Shown: positions 1 to 9,350 of the stretch, piece after piece
Layout: each line of letters opens with the position of its first letter
How positions within the stretch are numbered: the first letter of the stretch is position 1
NCBI GenBank assembly: GCA_016463705.1
Contig: JAEMQU010000004.1
Coordinates: 17,812 to 81,811 of the forward strand
DNA: 64,000 nt
Reading direction: 5' to 3'
Source: Opitutales bacterium
Lineage (GTDB): Bacteria; Verrucomicrobiota; Verrucomicrobiia; Opitutales; UBA953
Notes under the pieces: model-generated
Told to the model about the DNA's origin: nothing
Database searches by the model: none
The model's input: only the letters and a program-made list of their open reading frames with translations
Made by a program: the position numbers and the translations under genes

Positions 1-401
1 TCACTACGAGTATCCCGACTGCTCAGCTGGTGTGCACGTTACCCGGCGTTGAAGTTTATATCCCTGGCGGGTTATACCTCGCCCAACAAGCGATGGTGGC
101 TGGTGATCGAACTTTGGAAGAAGTTGCTCGATGGAATTTTGATTTAGCCTTACTCGGCGCTCAAGGTATCGATGAAAACGGACTCTGGAATTCTCAGCGC
201 GATATCTCTCACCAGCAACGTGAAGTGATTCGTCGTAGTGACCAAACCCTGATTTGCATGCACAAGTCGAAACTCGGTCGCTCGGGCCCGAGTGCTGTGA
301 CGCGTGACATTGCCCCTTTATATTTAGTGATTGATGCCGATGCTGCGACGGTCGCTAAGGCCAAAGTGAAAATGCCAGCTCAGCACATCATCACCGCCTA
401 A
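1..401 (+). CDS. DeoR-family transcriptional regulator, C-terminal effector-binding part; the 5' end lies upstream of the window
   Basis: The frame stays open from nt 3 (TTSIPTAQLVCTLPGVEVYIPGG...) to TAA at 399-401. NFDLALLGAQGIDENG...QREVIRRSDQTLICMHKSK resembles DeoR C-terminal sugar-phosphate-binding domains. It sits directly upstream of a sugar operon. Confidence 0.7.
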   Translation, partial: TTSIPTAQLVCTLPGVEVYIPGGLYLAQQAMVAGDRTLEEVARWNFDLALLGAQGIDENGLWNSQRDISHQQREVIRRSDQTLICMHKSKLGRSGPSAVTRDIAPLYLVIDADAATVAKAKVKMPAQHIITA

Positions 402-421
402 TCTTATCACCTACCCTACTC

Positions 422-2035
422 GTGAAAAAAAATATTCTCTACTTGGTCGCTAATGGCGATCTTCGCGCTTCCGCTAATCAGAAGTGTGAAAAAGAACAGT
501 TAGCGATGGAGGCGAAATTGATTTCGTCCCTCCGTGTGCTTGGTTACACCGTAAAGCGTGCTCACGGATACCGCTCCGATGTGAAGCACAGCTTCATTGA
601 CTCTCAGAAATACGGTATCCAAGTTTTCAGCAAGATTCCCCAGGACGCTCCGGTGATTGTGGCCGAAGCAGTCTGGCAATATTCTCACCACATTCTTCCA
701 GGTTTGTTAACTCACACTGGCCCTATTCTAACGCTGGCTAATTGGTCAGGCGTTTGGCCGGGTCTCGTCGGTATGTTGAATCTCAATGGTTCACTCCTCA
801 AAGCGGGCGTTAAATTCTCCTCTTTATGGAGCGAAGATTTCACTGATGAGAAATTTAAAAATGGTTTAGTAGCTTGGCTCAAGAAAGGTGAAGTCAAACA
901 CGCTACGCCTCATGTGAAGTCCTTGACTCGCCCGCTGGTAGGTGCGGACGCTTCAGTGGGTCGTCGTTTCGCCCAAGATTTCCGTTCCAAAAAAGCCATC
1001 ATGGGTGTCTTCGACGAAGGATGCATGGGTATGTACAACGCGATCATTCCTGACGAAATCATTCACCCTACCGGAGTTTATAAAGAACGTCTCAGTCAGT
1101 CTTCGCTTTATGCTGAAATGTTAACCGTGAAAGATGCCGAAGCGCAGAAGGCTCTCAATTGGTTACTCAAGAAAGGTATGAAATTTGCTTGGGGTAAGAA
1201 TGAAAAGACTGAACTCACCAAGGCTCAAACCCTAGCCCAGTTGAAAATGTACATCGCAGCAGTGCGTATTGCTGATGACTTCGGTTGTGCCACTATCGGT
1301 ATTCAGTATCAACAAGGTCTGAAGGATCTCGCCCCTGCCTCGGATCTTGTAGAAGGTCTCTTAAATAATCGCGAGCGCCCTCCGGTACTTGATCGCGCCA
1401 ACAAACGTGAATTATTTAAAGGTGAAGCCCTCCCCCACTTTAACGAAGTCGATGAGTGTGCCGGTCTCGATGGTTTAATCACTTATCACTTGTGGAAGAA
1501 ATTAGGATTCGAACCAGAGAACACTCTGCACGACTTACGCTGGGGCCGTCAGTATGTCGGTCCATCGGGCAAGAAGATGATTAATGAGTATGTCTGGGTC
1601 TTCTTAATTTCTGGTGCCGCGCCGGTTCAACATTTCATCGGCGGTTATAAAGGAACAGTTTCCGAAAGACAGCCGGCCATGTATTTCCGTTTAGGAGGTG
1701 GCACGGTTAAAGGTGTTTCCAAACCAGGTTGGATTGTTTGGTCTCGTATATTCGTTCGCGATAATGAACTCCACGCTGACTTGGGTATCGCTGAAGTCAT
1801 TGCCTTACCTCAGGCGGAAACCGAAGATCGCTGGCAAAAATCGACTCCGCAGTGGCCAATCATGCACACCGTGCTTTCGGGTATTTCTCGCGACGAGATG
1901 ATGGCTCGCCACCCTTCTAACCACATTCAAGTGGTCTATACACCCTCCCCTGCCGGTGCAAAACGCGGATTATTGGCTAAAGCCGCGGCTTTCCAAGAAT
2001 TAGGCATCAAGGTGGCCCTTTGTGGTAAGTACTAA
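422..2035 (+). CDS. L-fucose/L-arabinose isomerase-family sugar isomerase (putative 6-deoxyhexose aldose-ketose isomerase)
   Basis: GTG start 20 nt after the regulator stop; 537 aa. The C-terminal block FIGGYKG...YFRLGGGTVKGVSKPGWIVWSRIFV...STPQWPIMHTVLSGISRDEMMARHPSNHIQVVY is collinear with the C-terminal domain of E. coli FucI as I recall it. Operon context includes a ketose kinase and aldolase. Confidence 0.55.
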   Translation: MKKNILYLVANGDLRASANQKCEKEQLAMEAKLISSLRVLGYTVKRAHGYRSDVKHSFIDSQKYGIQVFSKIPQDAPVIVAEAVWQYSHHILPGLLTHTGPILTLANWSGVWPGLVGMLNLNGSLLKAGVKFSSLWSEDFTDEKFKNGLVAWLKKGEVKHATPHVKSLTRPLVGADASVGRRFAQDFRSKKAIMGVFDEGCMGMYNAIIPDEIIHPTGVYKERLSQSSLYAEMLTVKDAEAQKALNWLLKKGMKFAWGKNEKTELTKAQTLAQLKMYIAAVRIADDFGCATIGIQYQQGLKDLAPASDLVEGLLNNRERPPVLDRANKRELFKGEALPHFNEVDECAGLDGLITYHLWKKLGFEPENTLHDLRWGRQYVGPSGKKMINEYVWVFLISGAAPVQHFIGGYKGTVSERQPAMYFRLGGGTVKGVSKPGWIVWSRIFVRDNELHADLGIAEVIALPQAETEDRWQKSTPQWPIMHTVLSGISRDEMMARHPSNHIQVVYTPSPAGAKRGLLAKAAAFQELGIKVALCGKY

Positions 2036-2036
2036 G

Positions 2037-2798
2037 ATGAGTACCGAAGTGAAGGACTTAACTCCTCTGTTAGAGCTATCGCACCAAATGGGTTCGCCCG
2101 CGTTGCGCATGGCAATTTTGGGTGAAGGTAATTCATCAATGAAACTGAACGATGAAACCTTCGCGGTAAAAGCCTCGGGTACCAATCTAGAAAAACTACA
2201 AAACACCGATGTCGCTGTTTGTCGCTTCGATAAACTTCTACCGCTGTTTAATGAAAAAGATTTAAGCGACGCATCGATTGATAAAGCCTTGTTTGATTCG
2301 CGCGTAGATTCGAATGCCAAAAAGCCCTCGATTGAAGCGCTCTTTCACGCTTGGCTCTTAACTCTGCCTGGCGTTAATTGCGTCGGTCACGTTCACGCTA
2401 TTGCGGTTAATCAAATTCTCTGCTCTCCACGCGCCAAGGAATTTGCCACACAACGATTATTTCCTGACGAAGTAGTCCTCTGCGGAACCGAATCCGTTCT
2501 AGTGCCTTATGTGGATCCAGGTTTAAGTTTGGCTAAAGCCATTCGCGATGAAACGCTCTTGTATGTTCGTCGCACAGGACGTGAACCCAAAGTTATTCTG
2601 CTAAAGAACCATGGAATCATCGCCGTGGGATCCAGTCCCAAGGCCGTCATGGGTACCTTGCTCATGGCAGAAAAGTCTGCGCAAATATTTGTTGGAGCAG
2701 CAACGCTGGGTGGTCCTGATTTCATGTCAGCCGGACAAGTCGAACGCATTGCGGGTCGACCCGATGAACACTACCGCCAAAAAATGCTCGGACAATAA
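2037..2798 (+). CDS. class II aldolase/adducin-family protein (aldolase or epimerase-type)
   Basis: ATG at 2037, one nt after the upstream stop; the track ORF start at 2022 overlaps the upstream gene. SIEALFHAW...VGHVHAIAVN carries the H-x-H metal-ligand pattern of FucA/RhaD/AraD-fold proteins. 253 aa. Confidence 0.75.
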   Translation: MSTEVKDLTPLLELSHQMGSPALRMAILGEGNSSMKLNDETFAVKASGTNLEKLQNTDVAVCRFDKLLPLFNEKDLSDASIDKALFDSRVDSNAKKPSIEALFHAWLLTLPGVNCVGHVHAIAVNQILCSPRAKEFATQRLFPDEVVLCGTESVLVPYVDPGLSLAKAIRDETLLYVRRTGREPKVILLKNHGIIAVGSSPKAVMGTLLMAEKSAQIFVGAATLGGPDFMSAGQVERIAGRPDEHYRQKMLGQ

Positions 2799-4267
2799 TG
2801 TCACACTACCTTGCCATTGATTTAGGAGCGGAGTCGGGTCGCGTGATCCGCGGATCGCTCCGTTCTGGCAAATTAAGTATGACCGAAGTCCACCGTTTTT
2901 CGAATGGTGCCATTAAAAGTAAAAATACTCTGCGTTGGGATTTTCCCCGACTGATCAAAGAAATCGAAATCGGTTTGCAGAAAGCTGCGAAGCTTGGACC
3001 CGTAAAGTCAATTGGCTGCGACTCTTGGGGCGTGGATTACGTTTTAATCAACCGCGCCGGTGAAGTCATTGATTTGCCCTATTGCTATCGGGACGAAAGA
3101 ACCGACGCCACCTTTGCTGAAGTTCAGAAAAAGCTATCTCCACAAAAGATTTTCAGTGCGACGGGTATTGGGTCGCTTTCCATCAATACACTTTATCAGT
3201 TATATGCTGATCAGAAAAGTCGTCCAAAGGTTTTAAAGAATACGGATAAGTTCTTACTCATGGGCGATGCCGTGAGCTGGAAACTTACCGGAAAAATCCG
3301 AGCAGAAGAAACTTTGATATCGGGTAGTCAATTATGGGATACTCGTAAAAATAACTGGGCATGGCCTCTGATTGAAAAGCTCAACATTCCCAAACATCTT
3401 TTCCCTGGGACCATTCAGCCAGGAAAAGTCATCGCCAAGCTTTCACCTGCTTTAGAAAAGAAAACAAAACTTAAGAACGTTCAGGTAGTTGCGGTGTGTG
3501 CTCATGATACCGCCTCAGCGGTGGCTGCCGTGCCAGCGCCTAAAGGAAATCAATGGGCCTACCTTTCGTCCGGAACATGGTCGTTGCTCGGCGTGGAGCT
3601 TAATAAGCCCTTGATCAATGAGGCCGTGCGTAAAGCCAACTTCACCAACGAAATTGGACATAATCGTACCACGCGCTTCTTGAAATGTTTGGTGGGACTT
3701 TGGATTTTACAGGAATGTCGCCGCGAATGGATCAAGACCGATAAGAATCTAGATTACACAAGTATTACTCAACAGGCAGAAAAATCTGCTGAGCTACGCT
3801 CCTTGATTAGACCTGATGATGGTCGATTTTCAAAAATGGGTAGTATGATTAAGAAAGTTCAAGACTACTGTCGCGAGACCAAGCAGCCCATTCCTCAATC
3901 CGTCGGTGAAATCAGCCGCTGTATTTTGGACTCTTTAGCTCTACTTTATCGTGAAGAGTTAGATGGCGTTGAAAAACTCACCCGTCGAAAAATAAAACAA
4001 CTTCATATTGTGGGTGGTGGATGTCGTAATGATGTTTTAAATCAAGCCACGGCGAATGCCACGGGTCGAGTCGTTGTAACGGGCCCGGTCGAAGCGACCG
4101 CCATGGGAAATATTCTCGTGCAAGCGATGGCGACCAAAGAACTCAAAAATATCGAAGAGCTCCGCCAAGTGGTTCGTCGCTCCAACCCATTTAAAACTTT
4201 TAAGCCAAAGTCCGCCGCACCGTGGGCCAAGGCCTCCACCCTTTTCCAAAAACTACCAAAATCTTAA
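2798..4267 (+). CDS. rhaB: rhamnulokinase-like FGGY carbohydrate kinase
   Basis: TAATG overlap with the upstream gene. N-terminal YLAIDLGAESGRV phosphate-binding motif and C-terminal HIVGGGCRNDVLNQATANATGRVVVTGPVEATAMGN are typical of FGGY kinases. Overall layout resembles RhaB. Confidence 0.75.
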   Translation: MSHYLAIDLGAESGRVIRGSLRSGKLSMTEVHRFSNGAIKSKNTLRWDFPRLIKEIEIGLQKAAKLGPVKSIGCDSWGVDYVLINRAGEVIDLPYCYRDERTDATFAEVQKKLSPQKIFSATGIGSLSINTLYQLYADQKSRPKVLKNTDKFLLMGDAVSWKLTGKIRAEETLISGSQLWDTRKNNWAWPLIEKLNIPKHLFPGTIQPGKVIAKLSPALEKKTKLKNVQVVAVCAHDTASAVAAVPAPKGNQWAYLSSGTWSLLGVELNKPLINEAVRKANFTNEIGHNRTTRFLKCLVGLWILQECRREWIKTDKNLDYTSITQQAEKSAELRSLIRPDDGRFSKMGSMIKKVQDYCRETKQPIPQSVGEISRCILDSLALLYREELDGVEKLTRRKIKQLHIVGGGCRNDVLNQATANATGRVVVTGPVEATAMGNILVQAMATKELKNIEELRQVVRRSNPFKTFKPKSAAPWAKASTLFQKLPKS

Positions 4268-4279
4268 TATTAAAATATC

Positions 4280-6472
4280 ATGTCATCATTAAAATATGTA
4301 TCTAACCTTTGGAACGACGCCGAAGTCGCCAAGCTCGATCCAGTTGGGCGATTAGTTTATCGTTCGAACAAGTTGGGAGCCGATCAGCGCATCACCAATA
4401 CGGGTGGTGGTAACACTTCCTCGAAGACCACGGAAAAAGATCCTTTATCCGGTAAAGGTGTACCCGTTTTATGGGTTAAAGGTTCGGGTGGCGATTTACG
4501 TACGTCGACCCGTGAAAATTTCTCTTCACTCTACCAAGACAAACTTATCGAACTACAAGCGGTGTATGCCGCACGTGCCGATAAGGGATTAAAGTCACAA
4601 GCGGAAGATGACATGGTCGCCATGTATAATCACACGACCTTTAATTTAAATCCTCGTGCTTCATCGATTGATACCCCGCTGCACAGTTTCTTACCGGGTA
4701 AGCATGTCGATCACATGCATCCGAATGCGATTATCTCCATTGCCGCTTCGAAGAATTGTGAAGCCCTCACCCAAAAAATCTTCGCGGGAAAAATGGCGTA
4801 TGTAAAATGGATGCGCCCTGGATTCGAATTAGGATTAGCGATGCAGGAAATCGCCCGCAAAGAGCCATCGACTAAGGCCATCATGATGGGTCAGCACGGA
4901 TTCATTTCATGGGCGGATGACGATAAAGCCTGTTACGAACTAACCCTTTCGATGATTGAACAAGCGGCCGCTTATATCGACTCGCAGTATCAAGCTAAAG
5001 GTGGTGATGCCAAAGCATTCGGTGGGGCGAAATACCAAACTCTCGATGCAGCTAAACGTGATGAAGTCTTAGCAAAAATCTTACCCTGGCTCCGTGGTCA
5101 GGTCTCCCAAGAAAAACGTTTCATTGGAACCGTGCAAGACGATGAAAAGATTTTACGCTTCGTTAATTCGAGCGACGCACCTCGCTTAGCGGAATTAGGT
5201 ACCTCCTGCCCTGATCACTTCCTGCGTACGAAAATCAAACCACTCTATATTGATTGGAATCCCCAAGCTGAGGATGTGGCTGTACTTAAAACAAAACTCC
5301 AAACCGGTTTAGCTAACTACCGTAAAGATTACGCGAAATATTATAACGCCTGCAAACGTGCGAATTCACCTGCGATGCGTGATTCTAACCCTACCGTAGT
5401 TCTGATTCCTGGCGTAGGCATGATTGCTTGGGGTAAAGATAAGTCTGAGTCACGTGTGACGGCCGAATTTTATAATTGTGCTGTTGAAGTCATGCGTGGT
5501 GCTGAGGCGATTGACCAGTATATCGCCCTGCCTCAACAAGAAGCTTTTGATATCGAGTATTGGTTACTAGAAGAAGCTAAATTGAAGCGCATGCCTGCGG
5601 AGAAAGAATTAGCACGCCAAGTGATTATCGTGGTCGGCGCCGGTTCAGGCATCGGTAAAGAAACTGCACACCGCTTAGTTAAAGAAGGTGCGCATATTGT
5701 TTGCGTAGATAAAAATGTGGAAGCTGCCCAAGCGACCGCGAAAGAAATTACTGATAAATACGGTATTGGTATCGGTGTTGCTGGTACCGGACTCTCCAAT
5801 TGTGGTCCAGCCATCGGCTTAGCAGGTGACATCATGGACCGTCACTCGATCCGTCGTATGCTTGATGAAGTTGCCTTGGCCTATGGTGGCTTCGACTCTA
5901 TTTGCGTTACTGCGGGTATTTTCGTATCACCTGACACCTCGGGACATATTCCGGACGATAAGTGGGCTCTGACGTTTGCTTTAAATGTCACGGGTAGTTA
6001 CCTAGTGGCAGATGAAGCTTTCAAGACATGGAAAGAACAAGGTCTCCGCGGAAATATGGTGCTCACGACCAGCGCCAATGCCGTTGTCGCCAAGAAAGGC
6101 TCTGTGGCCTACGACACTTCCAAAGCTGCCGCGAATCACCTTGTGCGTGAACTAGCTATGGAGTTGTCCCCGCTCATTCGTGTTAATGGTGTTGCGCCTG
6201 CGACTGTTGTTCAAGGTTCAGCGATGTTCCCCCGCGATCGTGTTATCGCATCGTTGGCTAAGTATAATATTCCTTATACCGATGATGAAGCATCGGAATC
6301 GCTGACGACTAAATTGTCTCAGTTCTATGCTGAAAGAACTCTCACGAAGAATCCAATTACTCCAGCTGACCAAGCCGAGGCGTATTTCTTATTAGTTTCC
6401 AATCGCCTAAACAAAACCACTGGCCAAGTGATCACCGTCGACGGTGGCCTGCATGAGGCTTTCTTAAGATAA
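4280..6472 (+). CDS. rhaEW: bifunctional rhamnulose-1-phosphate aldolase / short-chain dehydrogenase (YuxG/RhaEW-like)
   Basis: 730 aa. The N-terminal half has a class II aldolase fold (YRSNKLGADQRITNTGGGNTSSK, HVDHMHPNA). The C-terminal half is an SDR (VVGAGSGIGKETA Rossmann motif, YDTSKAA = YxxxK). Confidence 0.8.
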   Translation: MSSLKYVSNLWNDAEVAKLDPVGRLVYRSNKLGADQRITNTGGGNTSSKTTEKDPLSGKGVPVLWVKGSGGDLRTSTRENFSSLYQDKLIELQAVYAARADKGLKSQAEDDMVAMYNHTTFNLNPRASSIDTPLHSFLPGKHVDHMHPNAIISIAASKNCEALTQKIFAGKMAYVKWMRPGFELGLAMQEIARKEPSTKAIMMGQHGFISWADDDKACYELTLSMIEQAAAYIDSQYQAKGGDAKAFGGAKYQTLDAAKRDEVLAKILPWLRGQVSQEKRFIGTVQDDEKILRFVNSSDAPRLAELGTSCPDHFLRTKIKPLYIDWNPQAEDVAVLKTKLQTGLANYRKDYAKYYNACKRANSPAMRDSNPTVVLIPGVGMIAWGKDKSESRVTAEFYNCAVEVMRGAEAIDQYIALPQQEAFDIEYWLLEEAKLKRMPAEKELARQVIIVVGAGSGIGKETAHRLVKEGAHIVCVDKNVEAAQATAKEITDKYGIGIGVAGTGLSNCGPAIGLAGDIMDRHSIRRMLDEVALAYGGFDSICVTAGIFVSPDTSGHIPDDKWALTFALNVTGSYLVADEAFKTWKEQGLRGNMVLTTSANAVVAKKGSVAYDTSKAAANHLVRELAMELSPLIRVNGVAPATVVQGSAMFPRDRVIASLAKYNIPYTDDEASESLTTKLSQFYAERTLTKNPITPADQAEAYFLLVSNRLNKTTGQVITVDGGLHEAFLR

Positions 6473-6475
6473 ACT

Positions 6476-7204
6476 GTGCGCGTTTCCCTTTTCATTCCCT
6501 GCTTTATCGACCAGCTTACCCCACAGGTAGGCTTGGCGACGGCTAAGGTTTTGAAAAAACTCGGTCAGGAAATTGAATTTAATTCGAGTCAAACCTGTTG
6601 CGGTCAGCCTTCGTATAATTCTGGGCAATGGGAAATCGCTAAAGAAGGTGCGATTCGCAGTTTAGAAGTCTTTAAGGATGCCGAGGTGGTCGTCGGTCCT
6701 TCCGGTTCATGTGTGGCGATGATGAAGAAATTTTATCCTGAACTTCTGCATGGTACAAAATATGAAGCAGAAGCGAAGAGACTATCGCAACGCACGTTTG
6801 AATTTTCTGATTTCATTGTTTCGCAATTAAAGATTACGGATGTCGGTGCTACTTTGAATAAAAAAGTCACCTACCATGATGGTTGTCACGCCTTGCGTGA
6901 ATTAAGACTCAAAGAGGAGCCGCGTAAGTTATTACGTGCGGTTAAAGGTTTAGAATTAATTGAAACCGAAGAGGCCGAATCGTGCTGTGGCTTTGGTGGC
7001 TTATTCGCGGTGAAATTCCCGATGATTTCGACGGCCATGGTACAAGTAAAAGCTGGTGCCCTCGCCCGAACGGGTGCGGACTACATCGTTTCATCTGACC
7101 CATCCTGCTTACTGCAAATTGGCGGCTGGTTATCCCGCGAAGGCAAAGTCATTAGGCCTCTGCATATCGCCGAACTCTTAGCGATGGGGATCGACGATGT
7201 CTGA
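6476..7204 (+). CDS. lutA: L-lactate utilization protein LutA (CCG-domain Fe-S oxidoreductase)
   Basis: GTG start, N-terminus MRVSLFIPCFIDQ. Two cysteine-rich CCG motifs (SSQTCCGQP, ESCCGFGG). Followed by lutB and lutC. Confidence 0.85.
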   Translation: MRVSLFIPCFIDQLTPQVGLATAKVLKKLGQEIEFNSSQTCCGQPSYNSGQWEIAKEGAIRSLEVFKDAEVVVGPSGSCVAMMKKFYPELLHGTKYEAEAKRLSQRTFEFSDFIVSQLKITDVGATLNKKVTYHDGCHALRELRLKEEPRKLLRAVKGLELIETEEAESCCGFGGLFAVKFPMISTAMVQVKAGALARTGADYIVSSDPSCLLQIGGWLSREGKVIRPLHIAELLAMGIDDV

Positions 7205-8588
7205 TTCAAAATCCATTTTCATTAAGGAAGCGACACTCACGAGTGCGGATGGTGAACAACGTCAATTTATTCGTACCGCGCTGGGTGGTTACTATAAAAA
7301 TCGTGACATATATCAGGCAAGGTATCGCGATTGGGAGCTCGCCCGCGATGCCGCCTCACTCGCTAAATGGTCAGCCGTAAATAATTTAGCCGAAGTATTA
7401 GAAAAGTTTGTCGCCAAGTTTGAAGCTAATGGTGGCAAGGTTCACTGGGCTCGCGATGCGGCTGAAGCTCGAAAAATTATTTTAGATTTAGTAGCCAAAG
7501 CGAATGCCACTGCCGTCATTAAATCGAAGTGTATGACCACAGAAGAGATTCATTTAAACGATGCTCTCGAGAAAGCCGGTTTCGGTGTCGTGGAGAGTGA
7601 TCTAGGTGAGTTTATCCAACAATTACGAGGTGAAGCTCCTTACCACTTCGTCTTCCCGTGTATGCATTTAAAGCGTGAGGCGATTAGCGAATTATTTACG
7701 AAACATCTCGGAACTGCACCGACGGACAGCCCTGAGGAGCTGACCATGATTGCTCGTCGACATTTACGTAAACTCTATATCACGGCTGATGTCGGTATTA
7801 CGGGGGCGAACTTTTTAGTCGCCGATACCGGTCAAATTTCCATTACCGAGAACGAAGGTAATGCTCGTTTAACAGCGGCGATGCCCCGCGTGCATATTGC
7901 CCTGTCCGGAATCGAAAAAGTGATTAATACCATCGATGACCTCACCGTCTTGTTACCGATGTTAGCAACCGCGGGTGCGGGTCAGCCGATGACCTGTTAT
8001 AATACCCTTTATGCGGGTCCTAAAAAACCGGGTGAGCTGGATGGCCCCGAAGAGTTTCATTTAGTCTTATTAGATAATGCTCGCACTCAGATATTAGCGG
8101 ATCCTGAACAACGCGATTCACTCCATTGTATTCGCTGTGGTGCTTGTTTAAATGTTTGTCCGATCTTTAAAAATATTGGCGGACACGCTTATGGTACTAC
8201 GTATCAAGGTCCAATCGGTTCCGTAATTACGCCTCATCTTCGTGGTCTCAAGGATTGGAATCACCTTTCAGGGGCCTCGTCACTCTGTGGTGCGTGTACC
8301 GATGCCTGCCCGGTGCGTATTGATCTGCATCATCACTTATTACAAAATCGACGCAATGCTGCGAAGGTAGTGCCTAATTTATTCGATCGTGTTTTTCATG
8401 GTTCATTTAATTTTGTAATTCAACGCCCGGCGCTGTTTTCTTTAGGCGGAAAAGTTTTTCGAAAAACATTCGGATTATTGAAACACCTGCCTCTTCCTTA
8501 TTTAGGTACTTGGCTCAAGTCGCGTGATCTACCGGCGATTCCCCAAAAATCATTTAGAGAAGTGTGGAAGGACTCTAAAAATGTCTGA
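7197..8588 (+). CDS. lutB: L-lactate utilization iron-sulfur protein LutB
   Basis: 8-nt overlap with lutA. Two 4Fe-4S ferredoxin motifs (CIRCGACLNVCP, CGACTDACP) after a LUD-type domain. 463 aa. Confidence 0.85.
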   Translation: MSDSKSIFIKEATLTSADGEQRQFIRTALGGYYKNRDIYQARYRDWELARDAASLAKWSAVNNLAEVLEKFVAKFEANGGKVHWARDAAEARKIILDLVAKANATAVIKSKCMTTEEIHLNDALEKAGFGVVESDLGEFIQQLRGEAPYHFVFPCMHLKREAISELFTKHLGTAPTDSPEELTMIARRHLRKLYITADVGITGANFLVADTGQISITENEGNARLTAAMPRVHIALSGIEKVINTIDDLTVLLPMLATAGAGQPMTCYNTLYAGPKKPGELDGPEEFHLVLLDNARTQILADPEQRDSLHCIRCGACLNVCPIFKNIGGHAYGTTYQGPIGSVITPHLRGLKDWNHLSGASSLCGACTDACPVRIDLHHHLLQNRRNAAKVVPNLFDRVFHGSFNFVIQRPALFSLGGKVFRKTFGLLKHLPLPYLGTWLKSRDLPAIPQKSFREVWKDSKNV

Positions 8589-9249
8589 AGCTCGTAAAGA
8601 AATCATGGGACGCATCCGCGAGGCGCTAAAAACACCTTCGCCTAAGCCCCATTTGAAGGGGCAATCTTCCAAGGTTACGGGCAAAGCCTGGCTGCCCGAA
8701 GTCGGCGATACCCATGCGGAAACGATGGGGCTACTTTCTGATAATTTAGCCAAGTTGAAGGCCAGCTTCCACCCTGTTGAAAATTTAGATCAGGCGATAG
8801 CCTTGGTGAAAGATTTAGCACAAAAGAAGAATTGGAAGAATATCGCCTATCATAAGAATGATCTGGTGACACCGGTAGCCCTGGCCATCGACGGCAACGC
8901 TTGGGCGGTAGATGACTCATTCTCCAAAGACAAACTCGAGGCAGCCGATGTCGGACTGACGTCTTGTGTGTCCATTGTCGCTCAATTCGGAGCAATTCTG
9001 GTCTCGAGTGAGACATCGGGTGGCCGTGGATTATCCATTTTGCCTCCCGTGCACGTGGTTATTGCGAAGGCCGATCAAGTGGTGCCCGATTTGGCTGCCT
9101 GTTTTGAGCAAATAAATCTGCAATTTGGGGGCAAAATGCCAAGTATGCTGTCATTTATCACCGGACCCAGTCGGACGGGTGATATCGAGCGCATCCTTGT
9201 TCTCGGTGCTCACGGTCCGAAGGAATTATATTTAATATTAGTCCGCTAA
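8581..9249 (+). CDS. lutC: L-lactate utilization protein LutC (LUD domain)
   Basis: ATG 8581 (MSEARKEIMGRIREAL) overlaps the lutB stop by 8 nt; the track start at 8524 lies inside lutB. The C-terminal GPSRTGDIERILVLGAHGP is typical of LutC/YkgG. Confidence 0.8.
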   Translation: MSEARKEIMGRIREALKTPSPKPHLKGQSSKVTGKAWLPEVGDTHAETMGLLSDNLAKLKASFHPVENLDQAIALVKDLAQKKNWKNIAYHKNDLVTPVALAIDGNAWAVDDSFSKDKLEAADVGLTSCVSIVAQFGAILVSSETSGGRGLSILPPVHVVIAKADQVVPDLAACFEQINLQFGGKMPSMLSFITGPSRTGDIERILVLGAHGPKELYLILVR

Positions 9250-9350
9250 AACTTCAGAACGTGGAATTTATTTTAGTCTGTTAAATACATCAAATTGTGG
9301 TGATGTGGCATTGACACTCAGGGGCTAGTCATCAATTCAGACTATTCCGC

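Noticed and set aside
8524-8580. Upstream extended starts offered by the ORF track for lutC, and similarly for panD (33922), trpC (44528), the Rsm22-like gene (29360), Nudix (43248), the membrane protein (39051) and the aldolase-fold gene (2022).
   Set aside because: In each case the extension overlaps the preceding gene or adds non-homologous residues. An internal ATG gives the family-typical N-terminus, often with a short ATGA or TAATG coupling overlap.
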